This document shows positions 1 to 10,850 of a stretch of DNA of 64,000 nucleotides, piece by piece. A program made the position numbers and the translations under genes. Position 1 is the first letter of the stretch. The number at the start of each line of letters is the position of its first letter. The stretch comes from Sedimentisphaerales bacterium (GTDB taxonomy: Bacteria > Planctomycetota > Phycisphaerae > Sedimentisphaerales > SM23-30): assembly GCA_963666285.1 (NCBI GenBank), contig OY762711.1. One strand, 5' to 3'. The notes under the pieces are model-generated. The model did no database searches and was not told where the DNA came from. It was given only the letters and a program-made list of their open reading frames with translations.

Positions 1-522
1 CATATTTTTTTCAATATTCTCAAAGGCTTTGGCGGCATCGGAGCTATATATTTTGCTGTAGCAATCATAATCAACATCTAAACCCATTTCATATTCATAA
101 ACAATCTCACCGCCCATACCGGCTTCTACAGTCGGGGTAGTAGAATAAGAATAGGTTGGTTCGCGAAACACTTTACCTGTAATACTACTACCGGAGACAG
201 TCCAAAGCCAGCCTCTGTCAAGGTAGATTCTCGCCCATAGTGTACCATCAGATTCAAGATATCCTGCAGCCACCGCATCATCAAGTTCATCAACTGTACC
301 GATATATGTCCGCACTTCACCAGGGGTATAACTATCATACTCACCACTGTTATTCTGAATTTTTATATTAAAATTCGGACCGCGCAGGGTTTCTTTTACC
401 ATATGAAGAGTATATGTATTATCACCGTCAACAATTTCCTGAGTAAGCAGCTCAGGAACCTGAGCATACGCCTGAACAGACATAATAAGAACCAGATAAA
501 ATAATATATATCTTAATCTCAT
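1..522 (-). CDS. Secreted protein, 5' part only (runs off the window); possible reprolysin/M12B-like metallopeptidase precursor
   Basis: Not in the ORF track. Translated by hand from ATG at 522: MRLRYILFYLVLIMSVQAYAQVPELLTQ...VYEYEMGLDVDYDCYSK..., open to position 1. Has a signal peptide. The E-x-G-x-D-x-D-Y segment resembles the start of reprolysin catalytic domains, but no HExxH is inside the window. Confidence 0.6.
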   Translation of the reverse strand, partial: MRLRYILFYLVLIMSVQAYAQVPELLTQEIVDGDNTYTLHMVKETLRGPNFNIKIQNNSGEYDSYTPGEVRTYIGTVDELDDAVAAGYLESDGTLWARIYLDRGWLWTVSGSSITGKVFREPTYSYSTTPTVEAGMGGEIVYEYEMGLDVDYDCYSKIYSSDAAKAFENIEKNM

Positions 523-567
523 AATTTACTACTTCTCTATATAATCTACTTTTTGCAATAAATAAAT

Positions 568-594
568 AGAGAAAGGACTTACAGTCCTTTCTCT
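568..594 (-). terminator. Hairpin downstream of the 629..2869 gene (terminator or processing stem)
   Basis: Perfect 12-bp inverted repeat AGAGAAAGGACT-tac-AGTCCTTTCTCT with an AT-rich tail on the minus strand. Confidence 0.6.
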
Positions 595-628
595 AACAGT
601 AATATTAAAACTTCTAAAAGGTATAACA

Positions 629-2869
629 TTATCTAGGTATCAAGCCGCTTTCCAGCCAGCTTTCTACAATTACTTCTAAGTCATACAAGTCAACCTGACA
701 ATCCTGAGTGCCGTCCGGACCGGAAAGATCCCATGCAGGGCGATACAAACAGGTTTTCACACCGGTATAATCAAAATACATACCAGCCACTTCGTCCATA
801 TCCAAGGCATAATTGTAAATTTGGAAGTCATCGATAGCTCCCTGCCAGTATTCACCACTATATCCTTTGCCAATGTATAAAGAAACAGCATCTTTCATAG
901 GAGTGGTTTTACCAGTACCACTGGTAAATTCAGCTCCATTCAGGTATATTTTCATCTGACCGGTAGCAATATTCTTTGTTGCTACAACATAAGTCCAAAC
1001 ATCCTGAAGTTCCGAAGGTGACTTATCTTTAGAAATACGATCGTACCCGAAACTATTACCAGCATCCAAATAGATCGCATCTGACCATGGGAAGTTCATG
1101 GATATCATACGACTTCCAGATTCGTTATATGCACCAAATACAGTAGTTTTTTCGAACGAACCTACATTCGCCCAAAAAGCTATCGATATTTGCTGCTCAG
1201 TAACATTGTCAAATACACTTGCCGGGAATTCGACATGACCGGCACCAGTTAAGCTCAACGCCTCGCCGGTAACTTCCGGATCAAAACCATCAACAAATTC
1301 TAAAGTAGCATTAGGATCATTACTCGCCACCCATGCTCCACTGTTGCTTCCAATATTATCTTCCAGCGTTTCATTGAAAGTAAGATTTACCACCTGGCGT
1401 TTTACAACAATTATAGCGGTTTCTGATTCTGTTGTTTTGTCATTTGTATCACAGGTTACAATACACTTATAAGTGCCTTCATTTTCAACCTGTGTGCCGG
1501 CAATTATATACTCAGCGTCTGTAGCACCGGCAACCGGGCTGTCACCCAGATACCACTGATAAGACAAACCTTCTGTATCAGGCTCGAAAGGGTCGGTTGC
1601 TTCAACAGCCAAAACTGCCTGCTCACCGGCAAAGACAAACTGATCCGCCGGCTGAACATCAATTACAGGAACAGCAGGAATGGTCTCAAATGTCCAGTTC
1701 AAACCTCTCAGTATTGTACCATCTGAAAGTTTCTCATCAACACGCCAGGTATAAACTGCACTTCTCTTTAATTCAGGGCTATAAGAACCAGTACCGCTAT
1801 TATCATCTGAAATAATAATTGGAGTCACATCCATCATATTAGGATCGTTTGCTGCACTCAAATATAATTGATGTTCTGTTACATCAAGATCGAGAGCTGT
1901 ATTCCAAGTCAGATCAGAATCAATAGAAACTCCTTCTTCGCCATTTTCCGGCACAGGATTCCATGCCAATGAGTTAATGGTAAGAGTTCCATCTCCGGAA
2001 AAAGCACTTGATCCTGTCAGAGTATTAAGCTCAGCAGAAGTATAAGTACCAGGATCAACAGCAATGCCATCAAATTCAAGACCGCCAATTACAGAATCCT
2101 TATCGTAAATGTTCAACATGGCAGTACTGTCCATTACAAGCATACCACTGCCGGCATCAACATTTACTCTAAAATGAATCATACTATAGTAGCCCAGATT
2201 CATTGTACCAGTACCCCAACCGGCTGTTCCATAAAAGTGAACATTGAGAGTTTCAGCGGCTGTGCTATAAACATTCCAGTTTCCAGCATAACCACTATTA
2301 TCACCATTTAGATAAACAGTTCTGCCAGAACCCTGGCTGGTACGATACATTTCAATATTACCATAACCTGAAATAGCTTCAGTAAACACTAACTGATAAG
2401 TCCAGCTGCAACGAACAGTGTCAACGAGAATAGTGTTGTCACCAAAGAATTTAACCGGACTGTCAATCAGCAGCTTTCCGGATGCATATCCGCAGCGTGT
2501 ATCCAGGGTAGAATCTGTCAATGAGAAATCAGGAATAATGTTATGCTGCTCGCGACCGGAAAAACTTTCGATATTGCGATACAGAATAATCGTACCATTA
2601 TTAACTGCCAGACTTTTTCCGCCAAAGGTCTCGGTTGAACTGGTTGAAGAACCACCATTATCCGGATTCTGTACAGTAAAACCGTCGACAATATAGTCAT
2701 TCCCTGCCGATGGAGCAAGATCGTTATCCCAGTTTTCTACGGTGGACCAGATAGTATCAGCACCGCCGTCATCCCAGGTTACTGTACCGGCCATAGCACC
2801 AGCAGAAATTACCTGGCTGCCGAAAACGGCAGCAAATATAGAAATCATTATTTTTTTACAGTTTGTCAT
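629..2869 (-). CDS. Secreted modular protein: passenger/beta-helix-like head, FN3-like, Ig-like, LamG, C-terminal dockerin-like module
   Basis: Signal peptide; TWDDGG...WSTVENW head; YTWRVDE...WTFET module; YQWY...GTYKC Ig motif; LamG (GAIDDFQIYNYAL); C-terminal DCQVDLYDL...WLE. Confidence 0.8.
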   Translation of the reverse strand: MTNCKKIMISIFAAVFGSQVISAGAMAGTVTWDDGGADTIWSTVENWDNDLAPSAGNDYIVDGFTVQNPDNGGSSTSSTETFGGKSLAVNNGTIILYRNIESFSGREQHNIIPDFSLTDSTLDTRCGYASGKLLIDSPVKFFGDNTILVDTVRCSWTYQLVFTEAISGYGNIEMYRTSQGSGRTVYLNGDNSGYAGNWNVYSTAAETLNVHFYGTAGWGTGTMNLGYYSMIHFRVNVDAGSGMLVMDSTAMLNIYDKDSVIGGLEFDGIAVDPGTYTSAELNTLTGSSAFSGDGTLTINSLAWNPVPENGEEGVSIDSDLTWNTALDLDVTEHQLYLSAANDPNMMDVTPIIISDDNSGTGSYSPELKRSAVYTWRVDEKLSDGTILRGLNWTFETIPAVPVIDVQPADQFVFAGEQAVLAVEATDPFEPDTEGLSYQWYLGDSPVAGATDAEYIIAGTQVENEGTYKCIVTCDTNDKTTESETAIIVVKRQVVNLTFNETLEDNIGSNSGAWVASNDPNATLEFVDGFDPEVTGEALSLTGAGHVEFPASVFDNVTEQQISIAFWANVGSFEKTTVFGAYNESGSRMISMNFPWSDAIYLDAGNSFGYDRISKDKSPSELQDVWTYVVATKNIATGQMKIYLNGAEFTSGTGKTTPMKDAVSLYIGKGYSGEYWQGAIDDFQIYNYALDMDEVAGMYFDYTGVKTCLYRPAWDLSGPDGTQDCQVDLYDLEVIVESWLESGLIPR

Positions 2870-2905
2870 TATATAATCCTCCAGGAATTTATTATTAAGG
2901 TTAAA

Positions 2906-4963
2906 TTATTCCGGCCTGTTGCCGTCTTCCAGCCATTCAGCTGCAAATGATGAAAAGTCAAATAAATCTACTACACAATCAGGAGTACCTTCCGGACCGG
3001 TTTTATCAAGTACCGGTGGATACAGACATATTTTACTTCCAGTGTAGTCAAAGTATAATCCGGCTACACCTTCATCATCGAAAGAGTAATTATAAACCTT
3101 GAGTTCATCGAGAGAGCCGTTCAAGAATCCACTTGGCACTCCGCGACCATTTGACGCACCTACCAGCACATCAAAATTCCATTCGCCAAACTCCTGAAAT
3201 GCGGCGTTTGATGTAGCTGAGCCCTGATTTTGACCATCAACATAAATAGCCATACGAGCACCTTCAGCAGAAGCTTCCCAGGTGAGGACAACAAAATGCC
3301 ACTGATCATCATTAACAGTACCAATATTTCTTTCAATTGAGGTCTGATCAATATCACGAAGATAACCGCGTACCTTACCGTCTTTGATATGACATTGGAA
3401 ACCGGTCGTATAATGCTGCGGCTGGTTATTGTATATACCTAAAATATTACTGTCGGTATCAGCAGAAGTCTTAAGCCAACATGAAATTGTGCCATGCTCA
3501 AGTGAAGAATTATTCTTCGGATAAGCTTCTGTTCCAATATTGATATAATATGAACCGTCAAGACTCAAAGCACCGTCAGAATCGCCATTCCAGCCTTCTG
3601 AGTAAGCATCTGTAGCTGTATAGATGTTCGGGTCTACATATTGGTATGCCGCCCCGTGGTTACTGCCTACACCATCCTGCAGGTCGTTATCAAAGGCATA
3701 ATACTGAACAACTCTTTCAACAGAAACAGCGGCAGAGTCAGAGTCAACAGTAGCTCCATTAGAAGCAATCTTAACCTGGCAATAGTAAATACCTTCATCT
3801 GACACCTGTGCAGAGGATATTGACAAAGCTGCACTGGTCTGACCGGAAAGTGCTTCACCATTTTTATACCACTGATATTCCAGGCCTGCACTTGATGTAG
3901 TAAATGGATTGAAACCTTCCACTTCAAGTTCTATTGCAGTATCCGGTTTTACCAGTAGATCGGTAACAGGTTGTACAGAAACTTCAGGAACAGAAAGTAA
4001 TGTATAGAAATTCCAGACATCACCGGTAACAACCGAGCCATCATTTAGTTTCTCATCAACTCGCCATGCATATTGTGCATCACGTACAAGGGTGCCGCCA
4101 GGAATAACATGAGAGCCACTACCAGAACCATCAACTGCATATTCAACTGCAGTAATATCAGCTAAATTAGGGTCTTCACCATTTAATGCTGCTGTTGACA
4201 CATATACCATATGATGAGTAATATCAGAATTTGGAAGTGATATATTATCAGGATCGATACCAGTATTCCAGGTCAATGTCAAAGCTTCAGTTACGGTAAC
4301 ATCTTCCTGACCTGATACAGGTAACGGCTGCCAGGCTTTAGGCTCAAATACTATATCTAATTGCGGTGCACCGGAAGAAGCTTCACGAGAATATAATGTA
4401 AAATTCTGATCGTTACTATTTCGGCTCAACAATATTGTGATCTCATCATTTGTATCCGCATTTATGAAATCAACCAGAGAATCTGTACTAACAGTAAAGA
4501 TATCTCCATCAGCAGGAGCTGAGCTCCAGGAGAAACTACCTAAATTGGTAAGATTCTCGCCTTCAGCAAAGTCGGGCAGATATAGAGCGTTCCCGGCATT
4601 AATCTCAGTCTCGGTCCAGTCTGTACCAAGTAAATCACCGGGCTGACCGTCAATAACACCCCAAACAGTTACAGTGCCACTTCCAGCTGTATTACTGCCA
4701 GTACAGAATGCAAAGCTTAAAACAGCCTCATTGGCAGGAGGCTGGCCGGTCAGATCAAAATGAAACCAGCCATCTCGATTATACGATGAAGTAGCTCCGG
4801 TAGTCGACCTCTTCAGAACAATAGAACTTTCGGCTCCATGATTACTACTGTCACCCACTTTAACAAAAGTGTCAGCATCGGAAACAATTACTCCAGCCTG
4901 CACTACACATGAAAGCAATTGGACCATCAGGAAAGCCAGAAAGACCTTAACATAATTTGACAT
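2906..4963 (-). CDS. Secreted modular protein: DNRLRE/CBM96-like head, FN3-like, Ig-like, LamG, dockerin-like C-terminus
   Basis: Signal peptide; ADTFV...NHG...RDGWFHFDL...SREA...PQL head; YAWRVDE; YQWY...GIYYC; GSLDELKVYNYSF; DCVVDLFDF...WLE. Confidence 0.8.
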   Translation of the reverse strand: MSNYVKVFLAFLMVQLLSCVVQAGVIVSDADTFVKVGDSSNHGAESSIVLKRSTTGATSSYNRDGWFHFDLTGQPPANEAVLSFAFCTGSNTAGSGTVTVWGVIDGQPGDLLGTDWTETEINAGNALYLPDFAEGENLTNLGSFSWSSAPADGDIFTVSTDSLVDFINADTNDEITILLSRNSNDQNFTLYSREASSGAPQLDIVFEPKAWQPLPVSGQEDVTVTEALTLTWNTGIDPDNISLPNSDITHHMVYVSTAALNGEDPNLADITAVEYAVDGSGSGSHVIPGGTLVRDAQYAWRVDEKLNDGSVVTGDVWNFYTLLSVPEVSVQPVTDLLVKPDTAIELEVEGFNPFTTSSAGLEYQWYKNGEALSGQTSAALSISSAQVSDEGIYYCQVKIASNGATVDSDSAAVSVERVVQYYAFDNDLQDGVGSNHGAAYQYVDPNIYTATDAYSEGWNGDSDGALSLDGSYYINIGTEAYPKNNSSLEHGTISCWLKTSADTDSNILGIYNNQPQHYTTGFQCHIKDGKVRGYLRDIDQTSIERNIGTVNDDQWHFVVLTWEASAEGARMAIYVDGQNQGSATSNAAFQEFGEWNFDVLVGASNGRGVPSGFLNGSLDELKVYNYSFDDEGVAGLYFDYTGSKICLYPPVLDKTGPEGTPDCVVDLFDFSSFAAEWLEDGNRPE

Positions 4964-5031
4964 AGTCTTATTCCTCCAAAAAAAAATATTATTAAAAGCA
5001 ACTAAACAATTAAATTCAAAATATACGTATA

Positions 5032-6804
5032 CTATTGTCCGGGATTACCACTAAGGTATATTTCCTGGATTTCTTTATCTGAAAGTACCCTATCAAACAG
5101 TGCCAGTTCATCTATTTTACCATTAAAGAAATATCCATCTTTATCTGAACCGTCTGCCCCCAGAAGCAAATATGAATTAACCCTTTTCGGAGTAAAATCA
5201 TATTCTTTACTGCCAATCAACTCGCCATTATAATAAAACCTTACTGTTTTATTATCGTGTGTTACAGTTATATATTTCCAATCAGTGCCATAACCGTCAG
5301 GCATCGTTTGCGATACTTCCTTACTAATACTCCCGCTAATATTTATCCTGAAAAACCTTATCAGGTTCTTTTCAACAATCAGTCTGTAATTACAATGCCC
5401 GCCCGGTATTCTATTGGAAATAACTGTTCCTCTGCTGCCAGAGCCAATCCAGGCAGATATTGTTATAGGCCCGGTAATTTGTATTTCCGGACAATTCAGA
5501 TTTGCCAAAGACATATTTCTCAGGCTGAACGACTCGTTACCCGGCACTACAGCATATTGTCTTTTATCACTATTAAACTGCATGGAAAACTTGTTGGCCC
5601 ATCTTCCTTTTGACCAAACAGGATTATTTTCCGACGAACTCTCACTTCCCAGTAAAGCATTTAATCTTGAACCAGTTGCCATTGAAAAGTTTTTCAAGTG
5701 CATCGTATCGTCTTGCGGCTTTTCAAATGTATAATATGCTACCAGATTGGGATCCCTTTTTATTTCATAACTATTGGCAAGCCAGCGGTGGTATGATGAC
5801 CCTGCTTTGCTTAATGCCCGTGCTTCAAATTCACCCGTTCTAACAAATGCCAAATCATTATATTCAAGTTTTGACACTTCTCTATTATTATCAACGCGCC
5901 ATGCATGGCCCTCGGTAATTAAAAGAGAATCATTAAAAGTATTTTGATCGACATTATCTGAGGCATAAGTTGCCATACTAACCTTACCGTCAAATACATA
6001 AGTATCTAATTGATCATTTTGAACCGACACACCAAACTCTGTGCCCAGATCTACTATTTTTACTCCCTTGGCATAAACAGAAAAACCAATTGCCTTAGGT
6101 GGAACTGAAGCAGATATCTTTCCTTGCTCAAGGTAAACTTCCCTTTCAGAACGAAATTCCAGTGCGGCAGGTGCTTCCAATACCAATTCGGCACCATCGT
6201 CCATTAAGATCGAAGCGAAACCTTCCTCTAGAGATAACTTACCTGTATATATATCACCACCAGGCGAAATCGAATTGTCATCCCAGCGGGCATCTAACTG
6301 CTGTACCAAAGTCGCCACTGAAACTTTATATTTGGGCGGGAAAACATTCGCATAAATGATAAAAACTATCATTAAAACCGCTGCGATGGAAACAATCACA
6401 CTATAAAGACGATAAAATTTATTCGACTTGATTGTATTTACTTCATTTTTAGCTGACACATCTTCTTTATACGCGACATTCTCTGTACTTGGATAGCTTA
6501 TTGCCACCTCGGGAGCCCGCATCTCATTTTCCAGGAGAGAATGCATTATTTCCATATCGAACATTGAAGAATCTGAATTGCTCTTTTTAACATCGTGTGA
6601 ATTAAATAATATTTTATTTATTGAATTATCCGAGCTCAAAAGCAAATCATGTATTTCTCTTCGGAACAACATGGAATCAATGAACTTCCTGGCATTTTGC
6701 TGATCCTGCTTTATCCATTCAGATAATTCCTGAAACTGCTGCTCATTCATAGAATCAGGATCAAGCATATACCTGCTTAATAATTGTTCGATTCTATCTG
6801 TCAT
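5032..6804 (-). CDS. FecR-type anti-sigma factor with C-terminal LamG domain
   Basis: Single TM helix (VIVSIAAVLMIVFIIY); FecR motif IVDLGTEFGV; LamG FNGKIDELALFDRVLS; 4-bp overlap with the upstream sigma gene. Confidence 0.85.
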   Translation of the reverse strand: MTDRIEQLLSRYMLDPDSMNEQQFQELSEWIKQDQQNARKFIDSMLFRREIHDLLLSSDNSINKILFNSHDVKKSNSDSSMFDMEIMHSLLENEMRAPEVAISYPSTENVAYKEDVSAKNEVNTIKSNKFYRLYSVIVSIAAVLMIVFIIYANVFPPKYKVSVATLVQQLDARWDDNSISPGGDIYTGKLSLEEGFASILMDDGAELVLEAPAALEFRSEREVYLEQGKISASVPPKAIGFSVYAKGVKIVDLGTEFGVSVQNDQLDTYVFDGKVSMATYASDNVDQNTFNDSLLITEGHAWRVDNNREVSKLEYNDLAFVRTGEFEARALSKAGSSYHRWLANSYEIKRDPNLVAYYTFEKPQDDTMHLKNFSMATGSRLNALLGSESSSENNPVWSKGRWANKFSMQFNSDKRQYAVVPGNESFSLRNMSLANLNCPEIQITGPITISAWIGSGSRGTVISNRIPGGHCNYRLIVEKNLIRFFRINISGSISKEVSQTMPDGYGTDWKYITVTHDNKTVRFYYNGELIGSKEYDFTPKRVNSYLLLGADGSDKDGYFFNGKIDELALFDRVLSDKEIQEIYLSGNPGQ

Positions 6805-7334
6805 TGTTGAGCCTCGCTTAGTTTCTTTTCAACACAATTTTTTAACGCTAATCTAATGCGATGAAGTGAAACGAACACATTATTTCTGGTCATGCTTAAT
6901 TGCTGGGCAATCCGATTAGGACTAAACTCATAGTAATAATGCATTTCAACAATTTTTTTCCATTTTGTCTTGAGTACCTTCAAGCAGCTTTTCAAGTGAT
7001 TGCTCACTTTCTTTTTATGCTCCATAATACTCTGCAAATCATCCTCATATACTTCGGAGATAATACTTATAGCATCACTATCCAGCATCAGCCTGTTTTT
7101 ACGCTTTTCGGCATAGTACATTAGTATTAAATTTCGTGCAATTCCTATAGCCCAGGCTGTAAAAGACCCACTCCTGTCGAATGTATCAAATTTATCCACT
7201 GTAATTACGGCGACATTCTGCATAATATCATCCGCATCCTGAAAATTTGAGACCTGTGCATTAATATAATTTGCAATCTGCGGCTGAGATTGTGCCCAGA
7301 ATATTGCTAACTCTTTGTTTTCATCTTTATTCAT
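6801..7334 (-). CDS. ECF sigma-70 factor (Planctomycete/Verrucomicrobia type)
   Basis: Region 2 DADDIMQNV...FTAWAIGIARN and region 4 IAQQL...VFVSLHRIRLALKNCV. Confidence 0.9.
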   Translation of the reverse strand: MNKDENKELAIFWAQSQPQIANYINAQVSNFQDADDIMQNVAVITVDKFDTFDRSGSFTAWAIGIARNLILMYYAEKRKNRLMLDSDAISIISEVYEDDLQSIMEHKKKVSNHLKSCLKVLKTKWKKIVEMHYYYEFSPNRIAQQLSMTRNNVFVSLHRIRLALKNCVEKKLSEAQQ

Positions 7335-7789
7335 TGGTTTATCAGAAGAAATTTAGCTGTTAAAAGGTATAGAATCTTATCTTCTACTATCTATTTGTGT
7401 TTTTCTGAATATCTTACAGAAAAAATATATAAAAACAAAAAAATGAGAAAATATGTTACAAAAGCATCGCCCTTTAGTTACATATGTACTTATACTAAAA
7501 GCAGTTACAAAAAAACACGCAATTATTTACATATTTTCTATGCCTTAAAAGCAAAAAAACAAGTGTTTTATAACTTAAACGCGAAGTAATATGCTTTCCT
7601 TATAACTGTATTGGTTATCGATACCATAATCCCCCTTGCAGGCAAGTCAAAACTTCCAGCATTGTATCATTCAACTATATAATCGGCCATATAGCAAAAT
7701 AACTCTTGTATTAGTTACATGCTTATAGTCCTATAATCTGGCAAATTGCGTAATAATATATAAAACATCAAGCTATAATGCCGAGTTAA

Positions 7790-7826
7790 TTACATATATC
7801 CATTATCTAATTACACCTGTCTATTG
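7790..7826 (+). promoter_or_regulatory. Conserved tandem operator, copy 1
   Basis: TTACATATATCCATTATCTAATTACACCTGTCTATTG, 87 bp upstream of the 7913 gene; near-identical copies at 31260-31296 and 34831-34867. Confidence 0.75.
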
Positions 7827-7912
7827 CCCAAAATACAAAGATGAGATAATCTACTAAAAGAGACATAATTAACTATTTTAGAATAAGTAATAACAAAAAG
7901 TAAAACCGGAAT

Positions 7913-8782
7913 ATGATTGACAAATACATAGAAGAATACTACAGATATGTACACTTTTCAGGCACTGAATGCCTTAAAGGTAACACCCTTGAAGAAGTTT
8001 CGTTTAACAGCCAGGATAAAGAAGAGTGTTTTGCCGTTATAAGCCCACATGATGATGATGGAGCTTTAGGAGCCGGCCTGCTTATGCAGCTTGCACTAGA
8101 AGAAGGCGTAAAAGTCCATGTAGTTATAGTAACCGACGGAGGCATGGGATATTGCTCTAATGAAGAAAAGGGAGTTATATCCGGCATCCGAAAGGAAGAA
8201 ACACATAAATGCTATAAAACCCTGGGGATACCTGAAGAAAATATACACTGGCTGGGTTTCCCTGACTGCAATTTATTCCAACACCAGGGACGAAGAAAAT
8301 GCCAGACAGGTGAGATGGGAGAATATGCGGGTTATACCGGACTGCAAAATTCATTTACCCAGATACTGAGAAAAGTACGGCCGACACAATGTTTTATTCC
8401 AACGCGAAATGACTTACACCCAGACCATAAATTGATCTACGATGAACTGCTGATCAGTATTTTTCATGCAACTGGTTCTATCTGGCCGGAACTGGGTTTG
8501 TCACTGGAACAGACTCCATCTGTACATGAAATTGCTGTCTATTGCGATTTCCCAGAACCGCCAACCTTTCAAATCAATGCCGATGAAAGCCTTCTTGAAA
8601 GAAAGCTTTATGCGATTAACGCCTTTCAGTCACAAAAGCAGATTGCCAGCTTGATCGAAGGAGTTAGAAACGGCGGGCCGCAAGAATACCTACGCACTAT
8701 TGATTTTCGCTTTTATAATCCCAAAGTATACTCAAAAATGTTTCAGAAGATTTTGAAAGAATATGAAGCTTTAGCGAAATAG
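7913..8782 (+). CDS. PIG-L/LmbE family N-deacetylase
   Basis: SPHDDD metal motif, VTDGG, R-K-E-E, LGFPD and DLHPDH. Confidence 0.85.
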   Translation: MIDKYIEEYYRYVHFSGTECLKGNTLEEVSFNSQDKEECFAVISPHDDDGALGAGLLMQLALEEGVKVHVVIVTDGGMGYCSNEEKGVISGIRKEETHKCYKTLGIPEENIHWLGFPDCNLFQHQGRRKCQTGEMGEYAGYTGLQNSFTQILRKVRPTQCFIPTRNDLHPDHKLIYDELLISIFHATGSIWPELGLSLEQTPSVHEIAVYCDFPEPPTFQINADESLLERKLYAINAFQSQKQIASLIEGVRNGGPQEYLRTIDFRFYNPKVYSKMFQKILKEYEALAK

Positions 8783-8791
8783 GCGAGATTA

Positions 8792-9544
8792 ATGGCTTAC
8801 AACATTTTATATCTTGGTGATACAGCATTGGATAATGCCGGATCTTACCTGGCTGGAATACTCTCATATACTGAAGTACAATTTGAATACATTCCATCTG
8901 ATGTGCCGTTTAGAGATGCCCAGCTGGGAAATAATATTCATGCAGTGGTTATTAGTGATTATCCTGCAGTAAATTTTTCCAAAAGTCAGCTTGATCTGTT
9001 AACTGATAAAATCAGTGACGGTATGGGAATACTTATGATCGGCGGATGGGATTCATTTACCGGAATTAACGGAGGCTATCAGAATACTGTTTTACAGGAA
9101 ATTTTACCGGTAAAAATGCAGGATTCAGATGACAGGGTAAACAGCGCCCAACCATGTGTAATAAGAAAAAGAGAGCGTCATGATATTGTTAATTCTCTTC
9201 CATTTATAGCGTGTCCGCCCTGCGTTGCCGGCTATAACCGTCTGGAAGCAAAATCTGGCTCTCAAACAATTTTGTCTATTGATAAATATAAAATAAATGA
9301 CAATGGATCAGATTTGTCATTTATGCGGCAAGAGTCAGATCCAATGCTGGTTATTGGCAAATATGGCAAAGGACGAATGGCATGTTATGCCGGTGACGTA
9401 GCTCCACACTGGGCAGGCGGATTAGTAGACTGGGGTGAAAGAAGAATAAAATTAAAAGCACCCGGAGCAGAATTAGTAGAAGTCGGCAACTGGTATGTAA
9501 ATTTTTTCAGCAATATGATTCGCTGGACTTGTCAAGAAAGTTAG
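8792..9544 (+). CDS. Class I glutamine amidotransferase-like protein (DUF1355/GATase1-like)
   Basis: VISDYPA, MIGGWDSF, GKGR and DVAPHW motifs typical of this family. Confidence 0.75.
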   Translation: MAYNILYLGDTALDNAGSYLAGILSYTEVQFEYIPSDVPFRDAQLGNNIHAVVISDYPAVNFSKSQLDLLTDKISDGMGILMIGGWDSFTGINGGYQNTVLQEILPVKMQDSDDRVNSAQPCVIRKRERHDIVNSLPFIACPPCVAGYNRLEAKSGSQTILSIDKYKINDNGSDLSFMRQESDPMLVIGKYGKGRMACYAGDVAPHWAGGLVDWGERRIKLKAPGAELVEVGNWYVNFFSNMIRWTCQES

Positions 9545-9548
9545 GAAT

Positions 9549-10748
9549 ATGAGCATAATAAAAGGAAATGCTATAATCGGTCAATCTGGAGGCCCAACAT
9601 CAGTAATAAATGCCTCCCTGGCAGGAGTTGTTGAGGCTGCAAATAAGTATGCCGGTATAGTCAAGATGTACGGCATGCGATATGGTATTGAAGGATTTAT
9701 GTCTGAAAAGATAATAGATTTTGCAACTGTAAGTCCTGAGACAATAGATGGACTCAAAACAACCCCTTCAAGTGCCCTAGGTTCATGCCGTCATAAACTT
9801 AAAGACGATGATCTGCCGGTAATATTGGAACTTCTCAAGAAATATAATATTCGATATATATTTCTTATCGGCGGCAATGATACGATGGACACCATTCACC
9901 GCCTGGAAGAATATGCCAGAAAAGAGCAATACGACATGATCGGCGTGGGAATTCCTAAAACAGTAGATAACGATCTTTTTGGGACCGACCATACCCCTGG
10001 ATTTGCCAGTGCTGCACGCTATATGGCTCTGTCAGTAATGCAAACCGGAATACTTGCACGTGACATGCAAAAAGTTGATCAATTCGTGGTTTATCAGTGT
10101 ATTGGTCGTGAGGCCGGATGGCTGGTAGGAGCAACTGCTGCCGGTAAAAAAAGGCCGGAAGATGCACCTCATATTATGTGTCTGCCTGAAAGGCATTTTG
10201 AAAAAGATAAGTTCCTGGCTGATGTGCAAAGATGCTATAAAGACTATAGATATGTATCTGTCGTTTGCGGTGAAGGCATTGTTTACGCAGACGGAACACC
10301 TGTCTCAGCATCAAAAACTGCAGACAGATTTGGAAATGTAGAATTTGGTGCAATGGGTGGTACAAGTGCGGCTATGGCATTGCATCAGATGATATCAGAA
10401 GAGTTTGGTTTTCGCGGTGAGTTTCAGATTACTGAATCCCTGCCTATGTGTGCTGCTGACAGAGCTGTTCGGCTTGATATTGATGAAGCATACATGTGTG
10501 GAAAAAAGGCAGTTCAGCTTGCTGCAGACGGCATAAGCGGTGTAATGGTAACATTGGAAAGAAGCAGCGGCAGTGTTTACAGCTGCTCAACAGGTACAGC
10601 AGCTCTCAGGGATGTTGCCGTGCGGGCTAAACCCCTGCCGGATGAATATATCAATCATGAAGGCAACTTTGTGACTGATGCCTTTTTTGATTATCTAAAT
10701 CCTTTAGTTGGTGAAATGCCGGATTACGTATCATTGCCAAAAGTTTGA
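9549..10748 (+). CDS. pfp: PfkA-family phosphofructokinase, probably PPi-dependent
   Basis: QSGGPTSVIN; GGNDTMD (Asp at the PPi-specifying position); IPKTVDND (Lys); GREAGW. Confidence 0.85.
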   Translation: MSIIKGNAIIGQSGGPTSVINASLAGVVEAANKYAGIVKMYGMRYGIEGFMSEKIIDFATVSPETIDGLKTTPSSALGSCRHKLKDDDLPVILELLKKYNIRYIFLIGGNDTMDTIHRLEEYARKEQYDMIGVGIPKTVDNDLFGTDHTPGFASAARYMALSVMQTGILARDMQKVDQFVVYQCIGREAGWLVGATAAGKKRPEDAPHIMCLPERHFEKDKFLADVQRCYKDYRYVSVVCGEGIVYADGTPVSASKTADRFGNVEFGAMGGTSAAMALHQMISEEFGFRGEFQITESLPMCAADRAVRLDIDEAYMCGKKAVQLAADGISGVMVTLERSSGSVYSCSTGTAALRDVAVRAKPLPDEYINHEGNFVTDAFFDYLNPLVGEMPDYVSLPKV

Positions 10749-10850
10749 TATAAATAAACATTTTGTATTTAGAACTCAATAACGGTTAGTATTAATTATA
10801 ATTGCAAAATACAGCTCAAATACACAACACAAATTGAAAAGGACCTTAAC

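Noticed and set aside
7395..7589. 64-aa Lys-rich ORF in the divergent promoter region
   Set aside because: Low-complexity product of AT-rich intergenic DNA, with no SD.
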